Assembly (NCBI GenBank): GCA_040384705.1
Contig: JAZKIU010000001.1
Location: forward strand, 25,907 to 89,906
Source: Patescibacteria group bacterium
Lineage (GTDB): Bacteria > Patescibacteriota > Minisyncoccia > Phycocordibacterales > Phycocordibacteraceae
Direction of reading: 5' to 3'
Length of the DNA stretch: 64,000 nucleotides
The translations under genes and the position numbers were made by a program. The notes under the pieces are model-generated. The model saw only the letters and a program-made list of their open reading frames with translations, ran no database searches and was not told where the DNA came from. Below are positions 9,157 to 18,087 of this stretch, piece by piece (positions within the stretch are counted from its first letter, which is position 1; the number at the start of each line of letters is the position of its first letter).

Positions 9157-9579
9157 TTAGCTACCGATGGTAACGCCCATCGAGCGGGCGGTTCCTTCTA
9201 CCGTCTTCTCCGCTGCTGCGAGCGAACCTGCGGAAAGGTCAGGCATCTTGGTCTCGGCGATCTCCTTTATCTGAGCGCGGGAGATGGTACCCACTTTAGA
9301 GAGCGGGGTCTTGCCCGAACCCTTATCTACGCCGATAGCCTTGAGGATGAGGCGGGACATAGGGGAGACCTTGAGGACGAAGGTGAAGGTGCGGTCGTCG
9401 TATACGGAGAGGTCCACTGGGACGATCTGGCCCATACGGTCCTTGGTCGCCTCGTTGAACTTGTTCACGAAGTCGCCGATATTGACGCCTGCAGGACCAA
9501 GAACGGTACCAACTGGTGGTGCCGGGGTCGCCTTCCCTGCCGGGATCTGGAGCTTTATCTTCTTAACTACTTTTGCCAT
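9157..9579 (-). CDS. rplK: 50S ribosomal protein L11
   Basis: MAKVVKKIKLQIPAGKATPAPPVGTVLGPAGVNIGDFVNKFN. Confidence 0.95.
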   Translation of the reverse strand: MAKVVKKIKLQIPAGKATPAPPVGTVLGPAGVNIGDFVNKFNEATKDRMGQIVPVDLSVYDDRTFTFVLKVSPMSRLILKAIGVDKGSGKTPLSKVGTISRAQIKEIAETKMPDLSAGSLAAAEKTVEGTARSMGVTIGS

Positions 9580-9632
9580 GTCAGTGGAATGTATCTTAAA
9601 TGAGTGTTCGGGTCAATTTCTTCGCGCTTTTC

Positions 9633-10202
9633 CTACAGTTTCCTGATCTGGAGGAAGTCGAGCTCGACGGGGGTCTCGCGGCCGAACATTGCGACCATGA
9701 CCTTCACCTTTCCGCGCTCCTCGTCTATCTCGCCCACCTTGCCTTCGAGATCCTTGAACGGACCGTCGGCGATAACGACCGGATCGTCCTTCATGAGGTC
9801 GATACGGTGCTTCGGTGCCTCCTGGCCCATGCGCTTCATGAGGGAATTAACCTCTGCATCCTCCATAGGAACGGGAGTGGTTCCGGACCCCACGAAACCG
9901 GTCACGCGAGGCGTGTTGCGGACGACGAACCACGAGTCCTCGTCCACTACCATGCGAACGAGGATGTAGCCCGGGTATATCTTCTCTTCCTCGACGACGC
10001 GCTTGCCGCCCTTCACGCGGATCTTCTTCTCGGTCGGAACGACCACCTCGAAGATCTTGTTCTCCATGCCGAGGCTCTCGATGCGCTGCTTGAGGTTACG
10101 CTCGACGGCGTTCTCGTATCCAGCGTACGTGTGGATGGTGTACCAGTGCGGCTCGAGCGAGGCGCCTTCGTCTGCGAACTGGGGGAGGGTCTTCATGTCC
10201 AT
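9633..10202 (-). CDS. nusG: Transcription termination/antitermination factor NusG
   Basis: NGN domain (WYTIHTYAGYENAV) plus C-terminal KOW motif. Confidence 0.95.
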   Translation of the reverse strand: MDMKTLPQFADEGASLEPHWYTIHTYAGYENAVERNLKQRIESLGMENKIFEVVVPTEKKIRVKGGKRVVEEEKIYPGYILVRMVVDEDSWFVVRNTPRVTGFVGSGTTPVPMEDAEVNSLMKRMGQEAPKHRIDLMKDDPVVIADGPFKDLEGKVGEIDEERGKVKVMVAMFGRETPVELDFLQIRKL

Positions 10203-10214
10203 ACTGAAGTGGGG

Positions 10215-10403
10215 TTAATAGCTGGAAACGACCTGGTTCACGATGTTCGTGAATACGTAGTCGAAGCCCGTGAGCAGAAGTGCCACGAGCGCGGAGATAA
10301 CGATGATGAGGACGGTATGGGTTATGGCCTGACCACGCGATGGCCAGACGACGTGCGCGAGCTCGCCCCGAACGTTCTTGAGATAGGTGAAGAATGAGGT
10401 CAT
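10215..10403 (-). CDS. secE: Preprotein translocase subunit SecE
   Basis: 62 aa single-TM protein lying upstream of nusG-rplK. Confidence 0.85.
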   Translation of the reverse strand: MTSFFTYLKNVRGELAHVVWPSRGQAITHTVLIIVISALVALLLTGFDYVFTNIVNQVVSSY

Positions 10404-10445
10404 ATCGTTCCAAATAAAAAAGCCCCGCGGGCCTTATATAAAAGC

Positions 10446-10474
10446 ATGATAGTACGGCCTGGTTCCTGTGTCAA
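10446..10474 (-). promoter_or_regulatory. Sigma70-like promoter TTGACA-17-TATCAT upstream of secE
   Basis: Minus-strand reading TTGACAcaggaaccaggccgtacTATCAT, followed by a short GC hairpin plus T6 before the secE ATG. Confidence 0.45.
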
Positions 10475-10480
10475 ATAGCA

Positions 10481-10506
10481 CAAAGCCCCGCGTGCGCGGG
10501 GCTTTG
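10481..10506 (-). terminator. Hairpin terminator after the SIMPL-family gene
   Basis: CAAAGCCCCGCG-TG-CGCGGGGCTTTG perfect hairpin. Confidence 0.5.
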
Positions 10507-10530
10507 TGCTCACTACGGTGATCGGTGTTC

Positions 10531-11328
10531 TTACCGTATCTCGTAGGTGATGGTGACCGAGACATTCGTCTCGTTCTCCCCCATCGGAAGCATCGGAGCG
10601 GCTGCAGAGATCCGGACATCGGATTCCATAGCCATACCGCCCTTGCCGTATCCGTATACCGGGTAGCCGCCCTCGTTCTCGTAGAACGAAGTGACCTTCC
10701 CGAGGCTGACGCCGAGCTGCTTCGCGAGGACTTTCGCCTTCTCGCGAGCCTCCTTGATAGCCTCTTCGCGTGCGGTAGCGCGGACAGCATCCTCATCATC
10801 TACGGTGAAGTTCGGTCCGGAGATGTTCTGGACATTCATGGAACCAAGTCCCTCGAGCACCTGGCCTGCCTTGGCGGTATCACGCACCTTCACCTGGATG
10901 GACTGCGATACTTCGTAGCCGATGATTTTCGGTGAGCTGGTGACCGGCGGGCACGGCATGCCGTATCCGCAGGACTGGGTGTTGTACTCGTAGCGAGGGT
11001 TCACGTTGTAATAGACGGTCTTCACGTCCTTGTCCTCGATGCCTTGCTGCTTGAGGTACGCGATCGCGGCGTCGCTCTTAGCAGTCGCCTTGGTCTGCGC
11101 TTCAGCGACCGTCGCGCCCTGTTCGGTCACGGTGAAGTCTATCTGCGCTATATCAGGTATCATCGTCGCTTCTCCCGAGCCCGTCACGGTTATCGTGTTG
11201 TATGGATCGCTTGGCTCGCGACCGAACACTGCGTCCCAGGTCTTCGCGAGGAGGAAGAGCGAGAGAAGTACGAAAACGGCGAGGAGCGCGAGGCGCATCT
11301 TCTTGTCGCCCATCATTTCATTCATCAT
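10531..11328 (-). CDS. SIMPL/DUF541-family periplasmic protein (YggE-like)
   Basis: Signal peptide MRLALLAVFVLLSLFLLA then a SIMPL-like domain. The track ORF 10531..11946 is over-extended; upstream of about 11328 it is antisense to the ZIP transporter gene. Confidence 0.65.
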   Translation of the reverse strand: MMNEMMGDKKMRLALLAVFVLLSLFLLAKTWDAVFGREPSDPYNTITVTGSGEATMIPDIAQIDFTVTEQGATVAEAQTKATAKSDAAIAYLKQQGIEDKDVKTVYYNVNPRYEYNTQSCGYGMPCPPVTSSPKIIGYEVSQSIQVKVRDTAKAGQVLEGLGSMNVQNISGPNFTVDDEDAVRATAREEAIKEAREKAKVLAKQLGVSLGKVTSFYENEGGYPVYGYGKGGMAMESDVRISAAAPMLPMGENETNVSVTITYEIR

Positions 11329-11466
11329 AATCTGGATAATTCTTAATAAGGATATAGCGAGTATATCACTGGTGGCTATGACGTTCGGGAATGCCTTTTC
11401 TGGCACGAGGGCAGAAATCCACCACGCCTTGTTGCAATCGTCTCCACCCGACGTATCCTTCCTTCC

Positions 11467-12222
11467 ATGCTCACTACCTCCCTCTTCGCCCTCGGTAGCG
11501 TCCTCATCGTGGGCGCTCTTTCCCTCATCGGGATATTCACCCTGTCGCTCAAGGACAGCCTTATCAAAGGTGCGACCTTCATTCTGGTCGGTGTCGCGAC
11601 CGGAGCCCTCCTTGGCGATGCGTTCATCCATCTCATCCCCGAGGCATTCGAGGAAGCCACGAATCCGGTCATCCTCTCGCTCACCATCATCGGGGGCATG
11701 CTCATATTCTTCGTGCTCGAGAAGTTCCTCCACTGGCACCACCACCAGGGACTGGAGGCGAGCGAGCCCGAGGTGCACCCGGTCGGGAAGATGATTCTCG
11801 TTTCGGATGGCGTGCACAATTTCGTCGATGGCCTCATCATCGCAGCGAGCTACCTTGTTTCCATAGAAGTCGGCATCGCAACCACGCTTGCGGTCATACT
11901 CCACGAGATACCGCAGGAGATAGGCGACTTCGGCGTATTGCTCCACGCGGGGTACAGCAAGATGAAAGCACTCTGGCTCAACTTCCTCTCCGCGCTCTTC
12001 GCAATACTGGGCGCCGCTGTTGCGCTTCTACTTGGCGGCGCAACTGAGATGTTCACCGTGTGGCTCGTGCCGCTCGCAGCCGGCGGGTTCATCTACATCG
12101 CACTCACCGACCTCATCCCGGAACTGCACAAGACGACGTCAGTGCGGCATTCCCTCCTTCAGTTGCTCGCTATCGTCATCGGCGTGCTCGGCATGGTCGC
12201 CATACTCCTTCTTGAGGGATAG
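11467..12222 (+). CDS. ZIP-family metal (zinc) transporter
   Basis: Multiple TM helices, a His-rich loop (HWHHHQG), and the conserved HEIPQEIGDF motif. Confidence 0.8.
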   Translation: MLTTSLFALGSVLIVGALSLIGIFTLSLKDSLIKGATFILVGVATGALLGDAFIHLIPEAFEEATNPVILSLTIIGGMLIFFVLEKFLHWHHHQGLEASEPEVHPVGKMILVSDGVHNFVDGLIIAASYLVSIEVGIATTLAVILHEIPQEIGDFGVLLHAGYSKMKALWLNFLSALFAILGAAVALLLGGATEMFTVWLVPLAAGGFIYIALTDLIPELHKTTSVRHSLLQLLAIVIGVLGMVAILLLEG

Positions 12223-12228
12223 TTAATC

Positions 12229-12259
12229 AAAAGCCCCGCTTCTGCGGGGCTTTTCTTTA
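12229..12259. terminator. Bidirectional terminator hairpin
   Basis: AAAAGCCCCGC-TTCT-GCGGGGCTTTTCTTT. Confidence 0.6.
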
Positions 12260-12946
12260 TCCTGCTATCTGAAGCGTTGCCAGCATTCTTTGGAGTGCTG
12301 CGTGCTCCGGAAGTTCCTCGACGACGAGGTTCGGTTCCATCCAATCCGTCACATCGTGCTCGACGATGTCGAAGCGAAGGACCGTGTTCCCGCTCACGAC
12401 GAAGTACGAGCTCTGCACGATTGCCTCGAAGCGTTCGATGACCGTGGTGCGGAACTGCTTCCCGCCGAGCGTTACCGTCTTGAAGCGGCTGAAGTCCTCC
12501 GCATCCATGTCGGACGGTTGGTAGCGGGTGTTCGCGAGGATGACTTCGTCCGCGGTCTTGCCGGTCGGTATCGGATAGCGCTTAACGGTTATGTTGTGCT
12601 GGACGCTCGGGGATAGGCTCGGCTTCTGGTATATGCGGAGTGTCTCCTGATTGGCAGCCCCGGCGAGAATCTGGGTGTAGCCGGCTGGAAGCGCGAACGC
12701 AATCCCGGCATCCGCTATCTCCACGTTAGGCGGAGGACATGCAGCGAACTCGCAGGATGGTCCTTGGCGACCGACTCCCGTCCCGTCAGGGCATATCTTC
12801 GCCTCTTCGGTGCAGGCGACCGCGCCTCCCGGCACGAGCGGGCGCTCCATCGCGTTGCGGTACATGAACGCGCCGACGCCGAGCACGATGATGATGAGAA
12901 CGCCTGCGAGTAGTTGTTTTATGGAAAGCATAGAGTGTGGGTTCAA
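12257..12946 (-). CDS. Hypothetical membrane-anchored secreted protein
   Basis: N-terminal TM helix and a Cys-containing extracytoplasmic domain; no family recognised. Confidence 0.5.
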   Translation of the reverse strand: MNPHSMLSIKQLLAGVLIIIVLGVGAFMYRNAMERPLVPGGAVACTEEAKICPDGTGVGRQGPSCEFAACPPPNVEIADAGIAFALPAGYTQILAGAANQETLRIYQKPSLSPSVQHNITVKRYPIPTGKTADEVILANTRYQPSDMDAEDFSRFKTVTLGGKQFRTTVIERFEAIVQSSYFVVSGNTVLRFDIVEHDVTDWMEPNLVVEELPEHAALQRMLATLQIAG

Positions 12947-12977
12947 TGGGTAAGACGGGTGGCCCGCTCAGTTCTTT

Positions 12978-13375
12978 CTATCCCTTGCGGAGGGCGTCCC
13001 GTATCTCTTCGAGCACGACGAGCTCCTGGCTTTTCTCCGAGGCAGGAGCGGTCCCCTCTTCCTGCTCCCTGCGCGCGACCAGGACGAGGCGGTTGATGAA
13101 CTTCACGAAGAGGAATAGCGCGAGCGCGGTGATGATGAAGTTCACGCACGCTTCGATGAAGAGCCCGTACTGGATGACGGCGTCGCCCTGGAGCGTGAAC
13201 CCCAGCGCACTGAAGTCGATGCCACCGAGTAGGAGGCCGATGGGCGGCGTGAGAATATTCGTCACGAGTGAGTTCGTAATGGCCGTGAACGCCGTCCCTA
13301 TCACGACGCCGATCGCGAGATCGACCGCATTGCCACGCAGCGCGAACTTCTTGAACTCTTCGAAGAAGTGCTTCA
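12978..13375 (-). CDS. mscL: Large-conductance mechanosensitive channel
   Basis: MKHFFEEFKKFALRGNAVDLAIGVVIGTAF; start moved to the internal ATG at about 13375. Confidence 0.85.
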
Positions 13376-13457
13376 TATGCTTCCTGTATACCGCACGGGT
13401 ACATAAAAGCAAAAGGGAGGGGACCGAAGCCCCCTCCCCTTGTTGATGCGCGACCGA

Positions 13458-14048
13458 TTAGTGCGGCCGGAGCGTCCACGTCTTCACGACTTCGGCCGTT
13501 GCTCGCTCGAAGAGCGTCAGCTCCGTAAGGAACACCGAAAGAGTGCAGTACTTCCAGGGACACAGGTCCTTGAAGATCCCGAAGACGAGCTGGACGTCTT
13601 CCTCTGCCGCCAGCCCGAGCCCCTGCGCCTCGCGAAGCGCAAGCGTCGCATAGCCGGTCTCTCGATCCAGTGGTGGGGGTTCGATGCGCATTTCCTCGAG
13701 AAGCGCACGAAGCCGGACGAGGGTCGGCTCACGGAGGTTATTGTAGAGGCTGAGATAGATAGCTTCCTCCGGCTCCTTGAAGTGATCGACGGCGCCGATT
13801 TGCACCTCGACGGCCGGCAGTCTGCCGAGCCCGAGCAGCCCGTCCATCCGCTCCACGAAGCGGTCTCTTGTAGGTCCATCCATCCGGAAGGGCTCCTTCA
13901 CGGTCGAATGGAGGCCGAGCCTGCCCGGATACGGCTGGATGCCGAGTTCACGCTGGCACCTCTGCGCAGCACGCTCGTGAAAATTCATCACCTGCTTCGG
14001 CATGCCGAACGTCATGACGAACTCTTCGTTTACTACTTCCTGACTCAT
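13458..14048 (-). CDS. Hypothetical protein
   Basis: 196 aa ORF with GC-rich third codon positions; a single HxT motif, not enough to call a 2H phosphoesterase. Confidence 0.45.
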   Translation of the reverse strand: MSQEVVNEEFVMTFGMPKQVMNFHERAAQRCQRELGIQPYPGRLGLHSTVKEPFRMDGPTRDRFVERMDGLLGLGRLPAVEVQIGAVDHFKEPEEAIYLSLYNNLREPTLVRLRALLEEMRIEPPPLDRETGYATLALREAQGLGLAAEEDVQLVFGIFKDLCPWKYCTLSVFLTELTLFERATAEVVKTWTLRPH

Positions 14049-14125
14049 TCGAGCCTCCCTAGTTGATCCGCTCGTGATACTACTCCCTATTTAAATACCA
14101 GCAACTACTCTATCCACTTACGTTG

Positions 14126-14198
14126 GGCGGCTACCGGGAATCGAACCCGAATTGACAGAACCACAATCTGTAGTGTTAACCGTTACACCATAGCCGCC
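14126..14198 (-). tRNA. tRNA-His (anticodon GTG) with genome-encoded G-1
   Basis: Cloverleaf with D-stem GTGT/ACAC, anticodon loop TTGTGGT, T-loop TTCGATT; an extra 5' G pairs with discriminator C73. No encoded CCA. Confidence 0.8.
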
Positions 14199-14310
14199 AT
14201 GGCTTATATTTCCGAACAAGTACGTAGGGTTTATAACACGATTCAAGCTAAATGATTAGCGATATACGACGAAGGCCCGACGCTTTCGCATCGGGCCTTC
14301 GTCGTCTTTG

Positions 14311-14392
14311 TGCCCAGGAGAGGACTTGAACCTCCACGCCTTGCGGCACATCCACCTCAAGGATGCATGTATACCAATTTCATCACCTGGGC
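14311..14392 (-). tRNA. tRNA-Leu (anticodon GAG), long variable arm
   Basis: Acceptor GCCCAGG/CCTGGGC, anticodon loop TTGAGGT, long variable arm, T-loop TTCAAGT. Confidence 0.75.
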
Positions 14393-14465
14393 ATCAGGTT
14401 CCCCCCAAATAGGGAGGGCCCGCATACTATAGCGGGCCGCTTCCGTATTTACAAATGCAGGCGGG

Positions 14466-15014
14466 TTACGCAGCCTCGTCCTTCTTCTCTTCCGCTGCCT
14501 CTACCGAAGCTTCAGCGATCTCCTCTTCGACGGGCGTCGTCTCCTCCGCAGTCTCGACGACTACCTCCGGAGCTGCCTCTTCTGCTACTTCGGTGACCTC
14601 AGCTTCTACCGCTTCAGGCTCTACGGCCTTCTCCTCTTCCTTGAAATCGTCGGTCGAGATGTTGACCATACGCATGTTGCGGAGCTGGCGGCGCACTTCG
14701 CGCGCGACCTTCTCGCGGATGAAGTAGAGCTTCGCGCGGCGCACCTTGGAGCGGCGCACTATCTCTATCTTGTCGATGACCGGGGAGTAGAGCGGGAATA
14801 TCTTCTCGACGCCGACGCCGGACATCGTGGCGCGAACGGTGAACGTACCACCGGCTTCGCTGCCGTGCTTGACCGCGAGGACGAGGCCCTCGAAGTTCTG
14901 GATACGGGTCTTCCCCTTCTCGACGACCTTCTGGTGGACACGGACGGTGTCCCCCGGGCGGATACCGAGGCTCGTGCGCTCATTGACGGCGACGGGGGTG
15001 ATGACGTTCTGCAT
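14466..15014 (-). CDS. rplS: 50S ribosomal protein L19 with acidic C-terminal extension
   Basis: L19 core ([12 protein letters not shown]...) followed by a roughly 60-aa Glu/Ala/Val-rich tail. Confidence 0.9.
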   Translation of the reverse strand: MQNVITPVAVNERTSLGIRPGDTVRVHQKVVEKGKTRIQNFEGLVLAVKHGSEAGGTFTVRATMSGVGVEKIFPLYSPVIDKIEIVRRSKVRRAKLYFIREKVAREVRRQLRNMRMVNISTDDFKEEEKAVEPEAVEAEVTEVAEEAAPEVVVETAEETTPVEEEIAEASVEAAEEKKDEAA

Positions 15015-15063
15015 GACCGGGCTACTGTAACACGGCCCAAAATAAAAGCAAAACGGCGGGGCC

Positions 15064-15657
15064 TCATGGGCTCCGCCGCTTCCTGCTTGCGTCCCGGGCC
15101 GCCTCTACGCTGCGGTCCAGATACGGCTGAGGATGGTAATAGGCATCGCTCGCCAGCTCCCGAAGGGCGATGAGCAATTGCTTGGAAGTCTCGCGTACGT
15201 CGGTCAGCACAAGCTGCTGATTGCAGTGCCCGAGCTCAAGCTGCCGAAGGGCGGCATTCGCCGAAACAACTAGCTTCAAGGTGTTCTTCTCGAAGCGTTC
15301 GCTCGCGATGACGGCCAAGTGCCGTTTTTGGATCTTACGGGGGTCGTGTTGGTACAACGGCCACCCATGGAGGGCCAAGCGGTCGATATCCATCTCGTTG
15401 AGACGGACCAAGGACTCCAGATGGAGCACCAGGCCCAGCAGCTCCTCGATTCGCCGATGGGTGCGCACCCAGCCGGCATGCTTCGTGCTCTCTGCGAGCC
15501 CGCGCAGCCACAGGCTCTTGCGCCTGATTCGCTTCAGGGTCCGCTCGATCGCATAGGCCTTCCGCTCCCGTTCTCGCCGTCGGGCGATCGCTCGCCGCTC
15601 CCGCAGGCTGTAGTGGTTAAGGTGCTTGAAGGTGGTCAGTATCGCTTCCGCACGCAC
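15064..15657 (-). CDS. Hypothetical Arg-rich protein
   Basis: 197 aa with GC3-rich codons, between rplS and the RluA-family gene; no family recognised. Confidence 0.45.
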   Translation of the reverse strand: MRAEAILTTFKHLNHYSLRERRAIARRRERERKAYAIERTLKRIRRKSLWLRGLAESTKHAGWVRTHRRIEELLGLVLHLESLVRLNEMDIDRLALHGWPLYQHDPRKIQKRHLAVIASERFEKNTLKLVVSANAALRQLELGHCNQQLVLTDVRETSKQLLIALRELASDAYYHPQPYLDRSVEAARDASRKRRSP

Positions 15658-15679
15658 CGGACATTCTCCTCTTTACTGT

Positions 15680-16426
15680 TTACCCGTGCTGAAAATACTC
15701 CGTATCCGGAAACTGCGCAAATGCGGCCTTCATATCTTCCGGTATCGGAGCGGAAAGAAGCTTCCGTTCGCCCGAAAGGAGCGGGATGTCGAGCGAGTAC
15801 GCATGGAGACCGAGGCGCACGAGCCCTAAGTCCTTCGGCTTGTTCGGCGCGTAGAGCGGGTCAGCGACGACCGGATGATGGATGGCCTTCAGGTGCACAC
15901 GTATCTGGTGCGTGCGGCCGGTCTCGGGCATCACTTTCAGCAGCGAGTGGGTACCGATATCACTTATGACCTCGTACCGAGTGAGCGCCTCGCGCATAGT
16001 GCCGCGCGCTCGCGGCTGCGCTGACCGGAGCCTGAAATCCTTACGCGAGCGTCCTATCGCGAACTCGATGGTCCCCTTCCGCTCCTTCGGCACGCCGTAC
16101 ACGAAGGCGAGATAGGTCTTATTAGCCTCATGTTCCTGGAAGGTGGCCTTGAGATGCGCATGGGCTTCAGGAGTCTTCGCGAAGACGAGCACGCCTGAGG
16201 TCTCCCTATCAAGCCTATGCACCACGCCCGGACGCGCTATCTCCGTACCATCCTTGAGTCGCTGCATCTCCCCCACCTCCTTCGAAGCAGGATATGCCTT
16301 AGCGAACCAGTCGCTCGCCGTTTCGTCCTCGGAGTGGCCATCCGGGTGCGTCATCACGCCCGCGGGCTTATTGACCGCGACCAGGTCCGCGTCTTCATAG
16401 ATGATAGGTAGCGCGAGGCCGTTCAT
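15680..16426 (-). CDS. RluA-family pseudouridine synthase
   Basis: Catalytic motif VHRLDRETSGVLVFAK and THQIRVH. Confidence 0.85.
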   Translation of the reverse strand: MNGLALPIIYEDADLVAVNKPAGVMTHPDGHSEDETASDWFAKAYPASKEVGEMQRLKDGTEIARPGVVHRLDRETSGVLVFAKTPEAHAHLKATFQEHEANKTYLAFVYGVPKERKGTIEFAIGRSRKDFRLRSAQPRARGTMREALTRYEVISDIGTHSLLKVMPETGRTHQIRVHLKAIHHPVVADPLYAPNKPKDLGLVRLGLHAYSLDIPLLSGERKLLSAPIPEDMKAAFAQFPDTEYFQHG

Positions 16427-16448
16427 TTCCCCACCCTATCACAACTCG

Positions 16449-17129
16449 TTATTTACCCAGGCGGCGCTCCCTCGATGTGTAGTCGCTGATGATGCCGTCG
16501 AATTCTTCCTTGCTGAAATCCGGCCACTTCGTATCGATGAAGAAAAGTTCGCTGTATACCGATTGCCAGGTAAGGAATCCGGAAAGCCGCTTCTCTCCGC
16601 CAGTACGGATGATGAGGTCAGGGTCGAGTGTATCAGCGCTCCACATAGCAGCGCGGAAGGATGCTTCGTCGACATGTTTCGTGCCCGATCCGAGCAGCGT
16701 ATTCACGGCCTTAAGTATCTCCGGGCGTCCACCGTACGAAAGTGCGATGATGAGCGTTCCCTTTGTTCCATCCTTACTCTTCGCTTCCGCTTCGTTCATG
16801 AGCGTTTGGAGCTTCTCTGGCATGCGCTCGCGCTCCCCAATGAAGCGGATCCTGCCTCCAGCTTCCATGACCTCGGCAAAATGCTCGCGGAACCCGAGCT
16901 CGAAGAGTCCCATGAGATATCCGACCTCTTCTTCGGTGCGATTCCAGTTCTCTGTCGAGAACGCATAGAGCGTGACTTCCTCGATTCCAGCGTCACGCGC
17001 CCACTCAACCATGTCGCGCACCTTATCGAGACCTTTCCGATGACCTTCGAGCGATGGGAGGCCACGCTCCTTCGCCCACCGACGATTGCCGTCCATGATG
17101 ATTCCTACTGATCGTGGCCCGCTAGTCAT
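16449..17129 (-). CDS. uppS: Undecaprenyl diphosphate synthase (isoprenyl transferase)
   Basis: GIIMDGNRRWA motif and the YAFSTENWNR region. Confidence 0.9.
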   Translation of the reverse strand: MTSGPRSVGIIMDGNRRWAKERGLPSLEGHRKGLDKVRDMVEWARDAGIEEVTLYAFSTENWNRTEEEVGYLMGLFELGFREHFAEVMEAGGRIRFIGERERMPEKLQTLMNEAEAKSKDGTKGTLIIALSYGGRPEILKAVNTLLGSGTKHVDEASFRAAMWSADTLDPDLIIRTGGEKRLSGFLTWQSVYSELFFIDTKWPDFSKEEFDGIISDYTSRERRLGK

Positions 17130-17397
17130 AGTTGATGTTGAAACGCTTATGCTCGCCCGTTGCTGGTAACCATTTCACTTGCACGTCTTCGACATGCGAG
17201 AGGAGCGAGCCTTTCCTGAGCTTGAGAACATACCGCTCGAGCTGGGCGCGCGGACCCTCCGCAATTACCCGCACGGTACCGTCCGGCAGGTTCTGCACAA
17301 AGCCTGTGAGCTTGAGGCCGTTCGCCTTGCGCTGCGCGAAGTCCCGATACATCACGAGCTGAACGCGACCGGAGACGATAGCTTCGAGGCGTTCCAT
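17122..17397 (-). CDS. acyP: Acylphosphatase
   Basis: 91 aa with the GRVQLVMYR motif; overlaps the uppS start by 8 nt. Confidence 0.85.
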   Translation of the reverse strand: MERLEAIVSGRVQLVMYRDFAQRKANGLKLTGFVQNLPDGTVRVIAEGPRAQLERYVLKLRKGSLLSHVEDVQVKWLPATGEHKRFNINYD

Positions 17398-17470
17398 AGG
17401 AGTTAAGAACCAAGCCTACCCCGGGAGGGTTACTTCAAAAAGGGGGTGAAGTGCGATAAGGTAGCCGTAC

Positions 17471-17547
17471 GCGCGATTAGCTCAGTTGGTTAGAGCAATC
17501 CGTTTACACCGGAAAGGTCGGGGGTTCGAGTCCCTCATCGCGCACCA
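17471..17547 (+). tRNA. tRNA-Val (anticodon TAC), CCA encoded
   Basis: GCGCGAT...ATCGCGCACCA, anticodon loop TTTACAC. Confidence 0.85.
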
Positions 17548-17552
17548 GGTGA

Positions 17553-17590
17553 GCAAAGAGGTCGAACGCAGCTGCGTTCGACCTCTTTGC
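17553..17590. terminator. 38-nt perfect palindrome between convergent tRNA genes
   Basis: GCAAAGAGGTCGAACGCAG|CTGCGTTCGACCTCTTTGC, a loop-less 19+19 inverted repeat centred on CAGCTG. Confidence 0.6.
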
Positions 17591-17594
17591 GTTG

Positions 17595-17676
17595 TGGGTA
17601 TGAGAGGATTTGAACCTCCAAGGATTGCTCCATACGCTTCTGAGGCGTACGCGTATACCAGTTCCGCCACATACCC
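17595..17676 (-). tRNA. tRNA-Leu (anticodon CAG), long variable arm
   Basis: Acceptor GGGTATG/CATACCC, anticodon stem TACGC/GCGTA, loop CTCAGAA. Confidence 0.7.
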
Positions 17677-17689
17677 ATTCGGTCGCTTG

Positions 17690-17761
17690 TGCCCCGAGCT
17701 GGAATCGAACCAACATCCACGGCTTAGAAGTCCGCTGCACTATCCATTGTGCTATCGGGGC
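17690..17761 (-). tRNA. tRNA-Arg (anticodon TCT)
   Basis: Acceptor GCCCCGA/TCGGGGC, D-stem GCAC/GTGC, anticodon loop CTTCTAA, T-loop TTCGATT. Confidence 0.75.
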
Positions 17762-17778
17762 TCCTTTACCTTATCGTC

Positions 17779-18087
17779 TTATTTGCTCGGGTCAACGAAA
17801 TGGTACTCGCTGCGGTAGCGGGCTTCTTCAGCTGCGCGCGAAGCGAATATCCCCTGCACCGCTTCGAGCGCGGAGACGTCGGGCGCCTGCGCCTCGATTA
17901 CCGCGTCGCCTACGAGCTGCCCGCTCGTCACTCTCATGAACATCCACACGTTCCAAGCGACACTCGCGAGCAGGACTATGAACGCAATCGTAAGCAGTGA
18001 GAACCAGTCGCGTATCGGACGGCGACGGCCGTTCCGAGCGAAATGCGGAAGCGCGAGACTCTTTGGGAGATGGAGTTTCATGTTCAT
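17779..18087 (-). CDS. Small membrane protein, possibly a pilus-assembly accessory protein
   Basis: 102 aa with one TM helix; directly downstream of and translationally coupled to the pilO-like gene. Confidence 0.4.
   Translation of the reverse strand: MNMKLHLPKSLALPHFARNGRRRPIRDWFSLLTIAFIVLLASVAWNVWMFMRVTSGQLVGDAVIEAQAPDVSALEAVQGIFASRAAEEARYRSEYHFVDPSK

Noticed and set aside
11329-11946. N-terminal 200 aa of the 10531..11946 minus ORF
   Set aside because: This part is antisense to the ZIP transporter gene (11467..12222), which has clear TM and His motifs. The real SIMPL-family gene starts at the internal Met at about 11328, just before its signal peptide.
13458-14048. 2H phosphoesterase / LigT assignment for the 196-aa protein
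   Set aside because: Only one HxT motif (LHSTV) is present. The family requires two, so the call was downgraded to hypothetical.
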